Notes under the pieces: model-generated
The model's database searches: none
The model's input: only the letters and a program-made list of their open reading frames with translations
What the model was told of the DNA's origin: nothing
Translations under genes and position numbers: made by a program
Shown here: positions 10,440 through 24,690 of the stretch, one piece after another
How the letters are laid out: each line of letters begins with the position of its first letter
How positions within the stretch are numbered: position 1 is the stretch's first letter
Assembly (NCBI GenBank): GCA_009914755.4
Contig: CP086569.2
Location: 13,056,001 to 13,120,000, forward strand
Direction: 5' to 3'
Length of the DNA stretch: 64,000 bases
Source: the human T2T-CHM13v2.0 reference genome, Homo sapiens

Positions 10440-12180
10440 AAAGGAAACACTTATCTATTGTCTCTAAGGGCAGCCACTATGAGACTTTAAAAGAACCTGT
10501 GTCTCCACATTTTTTTATCTCAACCTGAACATTTCCTTTCTATCAGTACCAGGTCTTTAGACAAACTTAACCAATTGCCAACCAGAAAATGTTTAAATTT
10601 ACCTGTAGCCTGGAAGCCCCCAACACACCCCCTGCTCCAAGTTGTCCCACCTTTCTGGAGCAAACCAATGTGTTTCTTAAATGTATTTGATTGATGTCTC
10701 ATGCCTCTCTAAAATGTATAAAACCAAGGTATACCCTGACCGCTTTGGGCATGTGTTCTTCGGATCTCCTGGGGGCAATGTCACAGGCCATATTCACTCA
10801 CAATTGGCTCAGAATAAATCTCTTCAAATATTTTTACAGAGTTTAACTCTTTTTGTTGACACTATGTTGCCCAGGCTATTGCATGTAAGATATGCAGCTT
10901 CCTCAATAACTCCTGCAAAGAACATCGCTATTGTCAAACCTCACACTGTTTTGGAGATGTCTTTTTTTTTAATGTGTCTGACACCCATGGCCTCCATGGT
11001 GTCACAGGTCCCACCAATCTGGGCCCTGTGGTCTCACCCAGAAGAAATACAGCCTACAGGAAGGCTGAACCTCACACACGTCAGTCCCACAAAATCTGTT
11101 TTCTGTCTCTATACATTTGCCTTTGCAGTTCATTTCATGTAAATGAAGCCTACAATGTATGGTCTTTTGTGACTGGCTTCTTCCACATAGCATTCTGTTT
11201 TTGGGATCACACATGCTATAAGATGTCTGTACTGTTTTTCTTTTTTTTTTCTTTTTCTTTCTTTTTTAAAAGACTTTTTTAAAGCAGTTTTAAGTTCACA
11301 GCAAGAGTGAGCAGAAAGGTACAAAGATTTCTCATATACTCTCTGCCCCCTTCCCAAACAATCAGCCCCACTATGAACACCCCTGACTAGGGGTAGTACC
11401 TTTGTTACAACTGATGAACCCACACTGGGATATAACATCACCCCAAAGCCCAGAGTTCATATTAAGGTTTATTGTGTTGCACATTCTATGGGTTTTGACA
11501 AATACATAATCACATGTATCCACCATTATAGCCTCATACAGAACAGTTTCCCTGCTGTAAATATTCTCTGGTGCACCTGTCAGATGTGATTGAACCAGAG
11601 AAACTCCATCTTGAATAGGGGCTGGGTAAAATAAGGCTAATACCTGCTGGGCTGCATTCCTAGGAAGTTAAGACATTCTAAGTCACAGGATGAGATTGGA
11701 AATTGATATGAGATACAGGTCATAAAGACCTGGCTGATAAAACAGGTTGTAGTAGAGAAGCTGCCAAAGCCCACCAAAACAAGGATGCTGATGAGAGTGA
11801 CCTCTGGGCATCCTCACTGCTATACTTCCACCAGCGCCATGAAGGTCAGGAAGTTACCCTATGTGGTCTAAAAGGGGGAGGCATGAAAATCCACCCCTTG
11901 TTTACCATATCATCAAGAAATAACCATAAAAAATGGGTCACCAGCAGCCCTCAGGGCTGCTCTATCTATGGAGTAGCCATTCTTTATTCATTTACTTTCT
12001 TAATAAACTTGCTTTCACTTTTCTTTGTGGACTCACCCAGAATTCTTTCTTCTATGAGTTCCAAGAACCCTCTCTTGGGGCCTGGGTTGGACCTCTTTTC
12101 CAGTAACATTAACACTTCCAGCAGGCTCCTAGCATGCCCTACGTTAGGACTTAATTCTCAGTAATACTGCGTTGGCAAGT
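10440..12180 (+). mobile_element. Unclassified LTR-like repeat (LTR-X), copy 1, interrupted by an ~815-bp insertion at ~10770–11585.
   Basis: 10560–10770 and 11585–12180 are collinear and homologous with 39335–40185 (copy 3) and 31935–32150 (copy 2). Shared strings include TGTATTTGATTGATGTCTCATG..CTAAAATGTATAAAACCAAG and CTCCATCTTGAATAGGGGCTGGGTAAAATAAGGCT...CTTAATAAACTTGCTTTCACTTT. Confidence 0.45.
11230..11585 (-). mobile_element. Fragment of an old L1 (L1M/L1PB-type) 3' UTR end with poly-A (seen as poly-T), inserted within LTR-X copy 1.
   Basis: T-rich run followed by AGCAGTTTTAAGTTCACAGCAAGAGTGAGCAGAAAGGTACAAAGATTTC...TATCCACCATTATAGCCTCATACAGAACAGTTTCCCTGC. This looks like the reverse complement of older-L1 3' ends (recognised from memory). 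Confidence 0.45.
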
Positions 12181-13109
12181 CAAGAGCCACTTTGGGCCTT
12201 CCTGCCATTTTTTTTAAGCACCAGGATTGCTCCTTCTGGCTGGGGACAGAAGAAAATATCTTGCAGCTGAAGTACTGCAACAGAGACTGTTGCTTGGATA
12301 CCTTCAGAGCCTTTGGGTTTTTTCCTAATTCTTTCTTAAGTGTATCTGCCAAACAGAGCCCAGCTGAGCCTGTGTTCTTATCAAAGTCTCCCCAGCCACT
12401 TGATAGAAGCCTCCAGCACTTTTTAAAATCTCCCTCCCTTCTCTCCACCTCTGTTGGTGAGCTCATCATCAAAGCCTTTCCCTGTTTATCAATATATTTT
12501 GGTTCTTTTTCAGTGTGCAAAGCTACCATCATCTGGCCGCCCAATGGGGTTATCCAGCTAAGTTCTCTAAGCAATGGAACTGTTTTCCAAGGGTCAGTTA
12601 TACATGTGGAATTTTAAAACACTGGACAGTAAAGCCACATTGTAAACACACTAAACATTAGTGAATTCCAATGCAAGAATATCTGCTCTTTCGGGCTGAT
12701 GATTTTGCAATGGCTTGAGTTTAAAGTAAAACATTAGTTAACAGATCTGATATGCTGTAGGAAAGAAACGATTGGTTTTTGTGGGGTGATGGGGGTGGGG
12801 AGTGGTTACTTGACTTTTCAGGGGAAACGTATAGGAGAAACTCCTCCACTTCTCCTAAGAAACCTCTCCAACTCCCACGCTCATCTTTTCCTCATCCCAA
12901 GGGAGAAGAAATGACTTTTTCTTTTAGGAAAGTTGGATCCCAAACTGAGCATGTCCTCATTCTGATCTGCTGTCAGGGAATGGCCGTGGCCTGTCTTCCC
13001 TTCTGTCTTAATCCTGAGGGCAGCAGATTCTGCCTCTATACTGAGATTTCTTCTTCTACACAAAGCAACCAAGACGAGTTCAAACTCCCTAGCACAATTT
13101 CCACTGACC

Positions 13110-13472
13110 TGGTGTATTAGTCCGTTTTCATTCTGCTGCTAAAGACATAGCTGAGCCTGGGTAATTTACAAAGAAAAAGAGGCTTAAAGGAATAATGGTT
13201 CCATGTGGCCAGTGAGGCCTCACAATCACGGTGGAAGGCAAAAGGCATATCTTATGTGGCAGCAGGCAAGAGACAATGAGAGTCAATGGAAGAGGAAACC
13301 CCTTATAAAACCAGCAGATCTTGTGAGACTTATTCACTATCATGAGAACGGTATGGAGGAAGTCACTCCCATGATTCAATTATCTCCCACCAGGTTCCTC
13401 CCACAACACATAGAATTATGGGAGCTACAATTCAAGATGAGATTTGGGTGGGGACACAGCCAAACCATATCA
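13110..13472 (-). mobile_element. MaLR solo LTR (THE1/MST-type).
   Basis: Reverse complement begins TGATATGGTTTGGCTGTGTCCCCACCCAAATCTCATCTTGAATTGTAGCTCCCATAATTC..., the canonical THE1/MST start. Confidence 0.7.
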
Positions 13473-13699
13473 CCTGGGTTGGGTTGCAAGCTGAAAGATC
13501 ATATCCCTTGATCTATCTCCTATTTTCTTCTTCTATTTCATCCAATAAACTTTTCCAGAAGTTCATAGTAGGCAAAATAATCCTGCAGTTTTGTCCCAGA
13601 AAGATGCTCAACTATAAGAGCAGAGAGGACAGAAAATATTTGGCCGCAATGTCACATAAGTAAGCAGGGAAGTCTGAGATCAAAGGTTTGGCAGGTTGT

Positions 13700-13900
13700 G
13701 CAGAGTCTAGATTTTATGAGAAAGAAAGTATGTTTGTGTATATATATAAATATGCACACACATATTTTACATATATATATATATGCATAAATTGTATGCA
13801 TATATACATATTTTATGTATCTATACATACACATACATAAATGTATGTATGTGTACATATGTATAGACACACATATTATATATATGTATATGGAGAAAAG
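13700..13900. repeat. (TA)n/(CA)n/(TATG)n-rich simple repeat.
   Basis: Directly visible atatat / acacac / tatgtatg runs. Confidence 0.8.
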
Positions 13901-13918
13901 ATAGGCAAAGTTGGTTCC

Positions 13919-14300
13919 TATATTAGTCTGTTCTCACACTGCTGTGAAGAAATACCCAAGACTGGGTAATTTATGGAGGAAAGAGGTTTAATTGTCTCAG
14001 TCAATTCTGCATGGCTGGGGAGGCCTCAGGAAACTTAACATCATGGCAGAAGGTGAAAGAGAAGTAGGCACCTTCTTCATAGGGCGGCAGGATGGAGTTA
14101 GTGCAAACAGAGGAAATGCCAAACTCTTATAGTACTATCAGACCTTGTGAGAACTCACTCACTATCACAAGAACAGCATATGGGGGAAATTATCCCCATG
14201 ATACAATTGCCTCCACCTGGTTCTGCCCTTGACATGTCGGGATTATGGGGATTACAATTTGAGGTATTTGGGCAGGGACACAGAGCCAAAACTTGTCAGT
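13919..14300 (-). mobile_element. Second MaLR LTR (MST/THE1-like, a different subfamily from 13110–13472), 3'-truncated in its own orientation.
   Basis: TATATTAGTCTGTTCTCACACTGCTGTGAAGAAATACCCAAGACTGGGTAATTTATGGAGGAAAGAGGTTTAATT...GGCAGAAGGTGAAAGAG..., characteristic of the MaLR LTR terminus (reverse complement). Confidence 0.6.
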
Positions 14301-14472
14301 TCCTCCAACAGTCTCTGAAGGAGAGACTGTCCCATTGTTCCTCCCTCTCTTCTGGTGGTTTGCTGGTGATCTTGAGCACTGTTTGGTTTTAGAAACATCA
14401 GTCCTATCTCAGCCTTCATCTCCCCATGACATTTTCCCTGGGTGTGTGTCTGTGTCCTAATTGTCCCCCTCA

Positions 14473-14607
14473 TTTTTTTTCTTAAGTATAGAGATGGGGT
14501 CCCACCATCTTGGCCAGGCTGGTCTCAAACTCCTGACCTCAAGTGATCCACCCACCTGGGCCTCCCAAAGTGCTGGGATTACAGGCATGGGCCACTGCAC
14601 CCAGCCC
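14473..14607 (-). mobile_element. Partial Alu (monomer-length), minus orientation.
   Basis: Poly-T then GAGATGGGGTCCCACCATCTTGGCCAGGCTGGTCTCAAACTCCTGACCTCAAGTGATCC...CACTGCACCCAGCC. Confidence 0.8.
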
Positions 14608-15118
14608 AAATTCCATCTTTTTATTAGGACACCAGTACTTGGATTTAGAACCCACCCAAATGACTTCATTTTAACCTGATGACATCTACAGAGACCTCAC
14701 TTCCAAAGGTCACATTTACAGGTATTGGGGGTTAGCAATTTATCACATGAATTTGGGGGACAGGAGGTCACTATTCAAACCATAATCATGTGTTGTCCTT
14801 AAAGAAGAACATTGGTAATTATGCCAAGTGATAGAATTGCATATATCATAATATTTCATTTCTGGTAGAAAACTTATTTACATCTGAATTATCTACAGTG
14901 AACACATGTAGTCTAGTACTTCCATCTGTGGCTGGGGAAGGAATTCCAATCCAGATGCGAGGTTTCACAGCATGGCTTTCAGCAGCCAGGGGCATGGAGT
15001 AACTGGCAGATTCAGCTGTTACTCTCAGGATGGACATGAGACTCTATTCGTTCAATCCTCCCTGTACAAAGAGCATCCTTAAGAGAAAGACCAGAGCTCA
15101 AAGAGTGAAGATTTATAA

Positions 15119-15456
<338 letters not shown>

Positions 15457-15563
15457 TCTGGGAATTAAAAATTTATGTGTATGTGTGTTATTTACCAATA
15501 TTAAAGTGAAGTTTTTATTCCAAATGAAATAATAGTTTTAAAAGACCCCCCATTAACCTGAAT

Positions 15564-15885
15564 TTTTTGTTTGTTTGTTTGTTTTGATTTTAGAGTCAGG
15601 GTCTCACTCCATCCCCCAAGCAGGAGTGCAGTGGTGTGATCATGGCTCAATGCAGCCTCGATCTCCCATGCTTGGCAGCGATCCTCCTGCCTCAGCCTCC
15701 TGAATAGCTGAGACTATAGGTGAGTGTCACCATGACTAGTTAATTTTTTAATATTTAGTTTTTTTGTAGAGATGAGGTCTCAGTATGTTGCCCAGGCTAC
15801 TCACAAACTTCTGGCCTCCAGCAATCCCCTGACTCTGGCCTCCCAGAATACTAGGACCACAGGCATGAGTCACTGCACCCAGCCT
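15564..15885 (-). mobile_element. Alu (older, AluJ-like), minus orientation.
   Basis: (TTTG)n head, AGAGTCAGGGTCTCACTCCATCCCCCAAGCAGGAGTGCAGTGG...CACTGCACCCAGCC. Confidence 0.85.
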
Positions 15886-16197
15886 GACTTTCTTATAAAC
15901 ACTATTTTGATATCTTTCATTACCTTTTCTTTTATAGGCACTCTCCATTCTTTCATACATCTCTGTAGTGAAATAAGTATCGGCATAGACATCTTAACAT
16001 CTGCTCTGCTAAGAATCCTCCTCAAAACTAACATAAGTAATAAATAGATAATTGTGTTTATGGGTATTTCCTTAAATGTCAACTTTGTTCCAGGGTGTAT
16101 GTCCAAATGTAAAGTCAGCTTAGGAATATGGAATGATGTTGTGCTTTGTCTCATAAGAGAAATCTCCAGAATGCTTCTGACTTCCAAAGATTATGTT

Positions 16198-16510
16198 GGC
16201 CAGCTGGGCATGATGGTTCATGCCTGTAATCTCATCACTTTGAGAGGCCAAGGCAGGTGGATCACTTGACAGCAGGAGTTTGAGACGATCCTGGCCAACA
16301 TAGCAAAACCCTGTCTCTACTAAAAATACAAAAATTAGCCAGGCATTGTGGCACACGAGTGTCATCCTATCTACTCAGGAGACTGAGGCAGGGCAATTGC
16401 TTAAACCCTGGAGTTTGAGGCTGCAATGAACTATGATTGCACCACTGCACTCTATCCTGGGCCACAGAGCAAGACCCTGCCTTAAAAAACAAAACAAACT
16501 AATAACAAAG
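16198..16510 (+). mobile_element. Alu, plus orientation.
   Basis: GGCCAGCTGGGCATGATGGTTCATGCCTGTAATC...ACCACTGCACTCTATCCTGGGCCACAGAGCAAGACCCTG plus A-rich tail. Confidence 0.85.
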
Positions 16511-16797
16511 ACTATGCTGCCAGTACTGATGGGTGAAAGAGATTCATGCCCATCTCTCATGCCCATCCTCCAAGAGGTTTCCTTGGTATACCAAACTTCT
16601 CCTACCATCCCACCTGGGGCCCTTTACTATTTCCTGAGACCCCCATTCCTACCCTGTAGTTGTTCACTGCTTCCTACAGAGCTGAGACAAATTCCTCTTC
16701 TTCAGGCTTAGTCCTGGACTGTGTCTGTTCTTTGATGTTATCTTAAAAATTTGAAGTTCACAAAATATTTTTTTGCTTTGAAGAAAACATATATCCT

Positions 16798-17197
<400 letters not shown>

Positions 17198-17504
17198 TCA
17201 TGAAACTGGACTGCATACATTAGTGGGGGATGTCGAATTGTTAGAAGGGTAGGAGCGTTTGCATAGTGAGACTCCAAGAGCAGTTCAGATGTGTTCCTGT
17301 TTTGTTTTGTTTTTTACTACCTACACCTCATGGCTAGCCTAGATAATGCGTTGTCAGTATTAGAGGGAGGAATGCCTGAAAATACTAGAAATTGATACTA
17401 GAATGGCTAGAACCACTAATGAGAATGGGTTACACTGAGTTGGGTGATGCCCAAAAATGCAACAAAGGAACATGTATGATTTGACCTCAGTAAGGAAAAG
17501 AAAC

Positions 17505-17785
17505 ATTTCTTTTTTTTTTTTTTTTTTTTTGCTTTTTGAGAAAAGGTGTTGCTTTCTTACCCAGGCTGGAGTACAGTGCTGCAATCACTGGTCACTGCAG
17601 CCTCAATTTCCTGCTAGGACCACAGGCATGTGCACCACCAAGCTCAGTTAACTTTTTTTTTTTTTTTTCCACAGAGATGGTGTCTCCTCGTGTTGCCCAG
17701 ACTGGTGGTTTTGAATTCCTGGACTCAAGCCATTCACACTCCTTAGCCTCCCAATGTGTTAGAATTACAGACATGAGCTACAGTA
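17505..17785 (-). mobile_element. Two adjacent partial Alu fragments (minus), each preceded by a long poly-T.
   Basis: 17505–17650: poly-T ... CCCAGGCTGGAGTACAGTGCTGCAATCACTGG. 17655–17785: poly-T ... GAGATGGTGTCTCCTCGTGTTGCCCAGACTGG...CTCCCAATGTGTTAGAATTACAGACATGAGCTACAG. Confidence 0.7.
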
Positions 17786-19731
17786 TGTGACCAGAAGGAA
17801 AACATTTCTAAAATAGGAAAGACTTGCTCACATGGCACAGGCACTGTGGGGCATTTGAAGTAGGCAGAGTGAGGCCAGAGGGTTGTGTTTTTGAGGAAGC
17901 CTGGTTACTGAAAGAAACAACTACCAGAGCCCCCCAAACAAGCTTCCACTATACTTTACTCAGCATTTTTGCAAAGACCCCACTCTGTCAAGAAAGCTTC
18001 AGCCTGTTAATCACCAAATCATGCTTGAGCTAGAGGCTGAAGTGGAACATTGCAAAGCCCTGTTGTAATAAAACCAGGAATAAGATCATCAACCCTCATT
18101 GTCTGGTTCATAGACTTTCTTCTGGGATGAGATGCCCACATCTTACCATCTCAGTCATAGATTGCTTTTCCTGGATGGAGATGCTCACGACCCAACATTC
18201 GGTCATAGATTACTTTTCCCTGAAATCATAACAGCACCACCCACCAACACAGTCAGAGATTGTACTCTATTATTATTTATTGTAAGAACATCCCGGTCCT
18301 TTCCCCTTGATTTTAGATATATAGTTATGAATAAATAACCCAGTGGCCTTACAACATTGACATATTTCCAAGTAGAGAAATCTTCCAAAAATCTTCAAAT
18401 AGGCATTGTCATTACTTAGAATAAGACAGAGCATTTATGTAGTTATTTGCTTTTTTGAGACCATGGGCAGCCTACATGTATAACTTGAAAATGAGGAATT
18501 GCAAAAAGGAAAATGTAAACCAAAATGTAATACATTCAGTACAGAAAGAGATAGCGATCATTGCCTTAAGTAAAGCGAGTGACTCATACAACAAATGCTG
18601 ACTTGAATGGAGGTGTGAACATATCCAGATACATGCAGTGTGTCACACAAGCATCTAATGAAATGAAACAAAGCAAATAAAAGACCTAAGTCCAAGCTGC
18701 AATATATATTGTAGATGCATAACCATGGTTAGAGGAGAAAATACGCTACCCAGCTGAGAGAACCCTATAATTCCAAGAATTTGCACCTCTTTTTATAGAA
18801 ATGAACTCCTTAATCCATTTGAGTCAGGAAACATTCAATTCACTTACATTTTATGACTCTGTAAACTCAAAAATTATCTCTCAATTCACTTATGTTTTAT
18901 GGCTCTGTAAACTCAAAAATTCTCTCCCTAATTATAAATTAGCTTTGCATATATACTTCCAAATTGGAGAATATGATTGCCTTAGATTGATGCCTAGCAG
19001 TTAAAATGTTTACTGAATCAACATTATAAATGAACTTGAATAAACATATAGCTGACATTTTGGTTGTCATTCAGAATATTTTGCATGCAAACAAATGAAT
19101 TCAGCATAAGGTAGTATTATGGAATTCAACAAACTAAAAACATAATTTTGACCTTATTTAGTACAGATAAATAGAATATATACAGTTAACATAAAATATA
19201 TTCTCTGGATTAAAAACAACCTAATCTAACAGTAAAAACATAATTTTCTGGATTAAAAAAATTTAGTACGTTTTCTCTAAGATTTTGGATGAAGCTTATC
19301 CAGTGATAACTGATCCCATCTCACCACTTTTCCAGGTGTTTATAAGTCAGCTACCATAATGGCCAGTGGTCTTACCTTCAACTCCTTCATTCACTCACCA
19401 AGACAAAGGGGAGTAGAACCAAAAAGAGTCATTAGCAATGTCACCAGTTTGCATGCAGTGGCTCAACTCAAGCTGTTAAAGATGCATAGGAGAAGATCCT
19501 ATATACAAAAGTGGAACTTTGTAAACTATATCTTCTCCAAGAGCCTGAAGGAATTATTGCATTGACATTCTGTGAAGAACGACAATTTGGTTAAAAACTA
19601 ATTTTGATTTCAGCTCCATGAAAAACTGTTCCCTAAAACAAGGGGTCGATTGATTAAAATAACGAAAGAAAAGAAAATCAGAATAATAACAGAGTAATTG
19701 GCAGGCGTATACAATAGACTTTTTTTCTTTC

Positions 19732-22666
19732 TTTTATATATATATTTTTTTATTATACTTTAGGTTCAAGGGCACATGTGCACAACGTGCAGGTTTGTTA
19801 CATAGGTATACATGTGCCATATTGGTGTGCTGCACCCATTAACTAGTCATTTACATTAGGTATATCTCCTAATGCTATCCCTTCCCCATTTCCCCATCCC
19901 ACAACAGGCCCCATTGTGTGATGTTCCCCTTCCAGTGTTCAAGTGTTCTCATTTCTCAGTTCCCACCTATGAGTGAGAACATGTGGTGTTTCATTTTCTG
20001 TCCTTGAGATAGTTTGCTGAGAATGACGGTTTCCAGCTTCATCTATGTCCCTACAAAGGACAAGAACTCATCATTTTTTATGGCTGCATAGCATTCCATG
20101 GTGTATATGTGCCACATTTCCTTAATCCAGTCTATCATTGGTGGACATTTGGGTTGGTTCCAAGTCTTTGTTATTGTGAATAGCACCACAATAAACATAC
20201 ATGTGCATGTCTCTTTAAAGCAGCATGATTTATAATCCTTTAGGTATATACCCCATAATAGGATAGCTTGTTCAAATGGTATTTCTAGTTCTAGAGCCTT
20301 GAGGAATTGCCACACTGTCTTCCACAATGGCTGAACTAGCTTACAGTTCCACCAACAGTGTAAAAGTTTTCCTAATTCTCCACATCCTCTCCAGCACCTG
20401 TTGTTTCCTGACTTTTTAATGATCTTCATTCTAACTGGTGTGTGATGGTATCTCATTGTGGTTTTGACTTGCATTTCTCTGTTGGCCAGTGATGATGAGC
20501 ATTTTTTCATGTGTCTTTGGCTGCATAAATGTCTTCTTTTGAGAAGTGTCTGTTCATATCCTTCGCCCACTTGTTGATGGAGTTCTTTGTCTTTTTTCTT
20601 GTAAATTTGTTTGAATTCTTTGTAGATTCTGGATATTAGCCCTTTGTCAGATGAGTAGACTGCAAAAATTTTCTCCCATTCTGTAGGTTGCCTGTTCACT
20701 CTGAGGGTAGTTTATTTTGCTGTGCAGAAGCTCTTTAGTTTAATTAGATCCCATTTGCTAATTTTGGAATTTGTTGCCATTGCTTTTGACGTTTTTATTC
20801 ATGAAGTCCTTGTCCATGCCTATGTCCTGAATGGTATTGCCTAGGATTTCTTCTAGGGTTTTTATGGTTTTAGGTCTAAAATTTAAGTCTTTAATCCATC
20901 TTGAATTGATTATTGTATAAGGTGTAAGGAAGGGATCCAGTTTCAGCTTCCTACATATGGCTAGCCAGTTATCCCAGCACCATTTATTAAATAGGAAATC
21001 CTTTCCCCATTTATTGTTTTTGTCAGGTTTGTCAAAGATCAAATAGTTGTAGATGTGTGATATTATTTCTGAGGGCTCTGTACTGTTCCATTGGTCTGTA
21101 TCTCTGTTTTGGTACCAGTACCATGCTGTTTTGGTTACTGTAGCCTTGTAGTACAGTTTGAAGTCAGGTAGCATGATGCCACCAGCTTTGTTCTTTTGGC
21201 TTAGGATTGTCTTGGCAATGTGGGCTCATTTTTGGTTCCATATGAACTTTAAAGTAGTTTTTTCCAATTCTGTGAAGAAAGCCTTGGTAGCTTGATGGGG
21301 ATGGCATTGAATCTATAAATTACCTTGAGCAGTATGGCCATTTTCACAATATTGATTCTTCCTATCCATGAGCATGGAACGTTCTTCCATTTGTTTGTAT
21401 CCTCTTTTATTTTGTTGAGCAGTGGTTTGTAGTTCTCCTTGAAAAGGCCCTTCACATCCCTTGTAACTTGGATTTCTAGGTATTTTATTCTCTTTGAAGC
21501 AATTGTGAATGGGAGTACATTCATGATTTGGCTCTCTGTTTGTCTGTTATTGGTGTATAAGAATGCTTGTGATTTTTGCACATTGATTTTGTATCCTGAG
21601 ACTTTGCTGAAGTTGCTTATCAGCTTAAGGAGATTTTGGGCTGAGATGATGGGCTTCTCTAGATATACAATTCATGTCATCTGCAAACAGGGACAATTTG
21701 ACTTCCTCTTTTCCTAATTGAATACCCTTTATTTCTTTCTCCTGCCTGATTGCCCTGGCCAGAACTTCCAACACTATGTTAAATAGGAATGATGAGAGAG
21801 GCATCATGGTTTTGTGCCAGTTTTCAAAGGGAATGCGTCCAGTTTTTGTCCATTCAGTATGATATTGGCTGTGGGTTTGTCATAAATAGCTCTTATTATT
21901 TTGAGATATGTCCCATCAATATCTAATTTACTGAGACTTTTTAGCATGAAGGGCTGTTGAATTTTTGTCAAAGGCCATTTCTGCATCTATTGAGATAATA
22001 ATGTGGTTTTTGTCTTTGGTTCTGTTTATATGCTGGATTATCTTTATTGATTTGTGTATGTTGAACCAGCCTTGCATCCCCGGGATGAAGCCCACTTGAT
22101 CATGGGGGATAAGCTTTATGATGTGCTGCTGGATTCGGTTTGCCAGTATTTTGTTGAGGATTTTCACATCAATGTTCGTCAGGGATATTGGTCTAAAATT
22201 CTCTTTTTGTTGTTGTGTCTCTCCCAGGCTTTGGTATCAGGATGATGCTGGCCTCACAAAATGAGTTAGGGAGGCTTGTCTCTTTCTCTATTGATTGGAA
22301 TAGTTTCAGAAGGAATGGTACCAGCTCCTCCTTGTACCTCTGGTAGAATTTGGCTGTGAATCCATCTGGTCCTGGACTCTTTTTTGGTCGGTAAGCTATT
22401 AATAATCACCTCAATTTCAGAGCCTGTTATTGGTCTATTCAGAGATTCAACTTCTTCCTGGTTTAGACTTGGGAGGGTGCATGTGTCAAGGAATTTATCC
22501 ATTTCTTCTAGGTTTTCTAGTTTATTTGCATAGAGGTGTTTATAGTATTCTCTGATGGTAGTTTGTATTTCTGTGGGATTGGTGGTGATATCCCCTTTAT
22601 GATTTTTTATTGCATCTATTTGATTCTGCTCTCTTTTCTTCATTAGTCTTGCTAGTGGTCTATCAG
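19732..22666 (-). mobile_element. L1 (primate L1PA-type) 3' portion: 3' UTR plus ORF2 from about aa 372 to the C-terminus, minus orientation. Collinear part of a 5'-inverted L1 insertion.
   Basis: Poly-T (rc poly-A) at 19732. Reverse complement of the L1 3' UTR (GGAAGGGATAGCATTAGGAGATATACCTAATG...). Minus-strand ORFs encode ORF2 C-terminal peptides (…[27 protein letters not shown]…, …[23 protein letters not shown]…, …[21 protein letters not shown]…). Confidence 0.9.
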
Positions 22667-22667
22667 C

Positions 22668-23625
<958 letters not shown>

Positions 23626-24236
23626 TAGTCTTTTTTCTTTCACGTCTTCCCTCAATGATTACTTTGCCATGGAACAATGATCTGCTGATTCAGGTAGCAA
23701 GATTGTTGTATTTCAGAGAAAAATTGTCGTATTTCAGGGGAAATACTGAGATCAGGCTACAGGGTAGTTGAGGTAAAAATAAAGTCGGAGGAGTCAAAAA
23801 CAATACCAGAAATGTGGAATCTGTTAGAAGATTTCTCATTCCTTCTGTTCGTCACTGAGACCAGCACGATCTGATGTTAGACCAGTGACAGAGCCATCAT
23901 GCTGACTTATTTCTTTCTTTTATTGCAAGGAAGTTTGGTTCTGGGAATGAGAAGCTTAAGTAACACGTGTAAAATTCCTAATCTTTCACAGGTCAGCCTT
24001 CACTGTTCATTAAGTACTTTAGGATCTTGTGCTTTGAGTCAGTGGCTGGGAAAGTTCACTTCACTTCCCAAAATGGATTTCATAATTCCATTAGCAGATC
24101 CCCTTGGCTGAACACAGTTACCACTGAAGTTCCTTTTCTCTTTCTCTCTCTCTCTCTCTCTCTCTTCAAATTCAGTCCTTTTCTCTCTGGATATTCTCAT
24201 TTCATGAAGTCTGGATTTCTTTTAAAACCTTCTATG

Positions 24237-24535
24237 GCCAGGTGCGGTGGCTCACGCCTGTAATCCCAGCACTTTGGGAGGCTGAGGTGGGTGGATCACG
24301 ATGTCAGGAGTTCAAGACAAGCCTGGCCAACTTGCTGAAACCCTGTCTCTACTAAAAATACAAAAAAATTAGCCAGGCATGGCAACGGGTGCCTGTAATC
24401 CCAGCTACCAGGGAGGCTGAGGCAAAGAGTTGCTTGAACCCAGGAGGCGGAGGTTGCAGTGAGCCGAGATCACGCCACTACACTCCAGCCTGGGTGACAG
24501 AGTGAGACTCTGTCTCAAAAACAAAAACAAAATAA
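24237..24535 (+). mobile_element. Alu (AluS/Y-like).
   Basis: GGCCAGGTGCGGTGGCTCACGCCTGTAATCCCAGCACTTTGGGAGGCTGAGGTGGGTGGATCAC...GAGACTCTGTCTCAAAAACAAAAACAAAATAAAA. Confidence 0.9.
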
Positions 24536-24690
24536 AACCCTCTATTAAGGAGTTACATGGAATAGGTAATATTCTGTATAAAATGCACTTTATACTTATT
24601 CCTGACTTAAAGTGGCAACTCAGTCAGCTGACATTTTCCGAGAGTGAATCATTTTTTTATGCCTGAATGAAAATTCACCTTCCTGTGTCC

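Noticed and set aside
10364-12180. Interpreting LTR-X as the 3' end of HERV9 internal sequence attached to the 8881–10363 LTR12.
   Set aside because: In copies 2 and 3 the same LTR-X orientation is followed, not preceded, by LTR12-type sequence in the plus orientation. That is inconsistent with it being the antisense 3' end of a HERV9 interior. I have left it unclassified rather than force this model.
12158-12617. Overlapping 138-aa (−) and 141-aa (+) ORFs just right of LTR-X copy 1.
   Set aside because: No recognisable domain or homolog motifs. Mutually overlapping on opposite strands. Adjacent to repeat sequence. Most likely chance ORFs in AT-moderate DNA. They would need a conservation/RNA-seq check before any claim.
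20043-20699. 218-aa minus-strand ORF.
   Set aside because: L1 ORF2 C-terminus of the twin-primed L1 copy. The flanking ORF2 fragments are out of frame, so it is a decayed transposon remnant.
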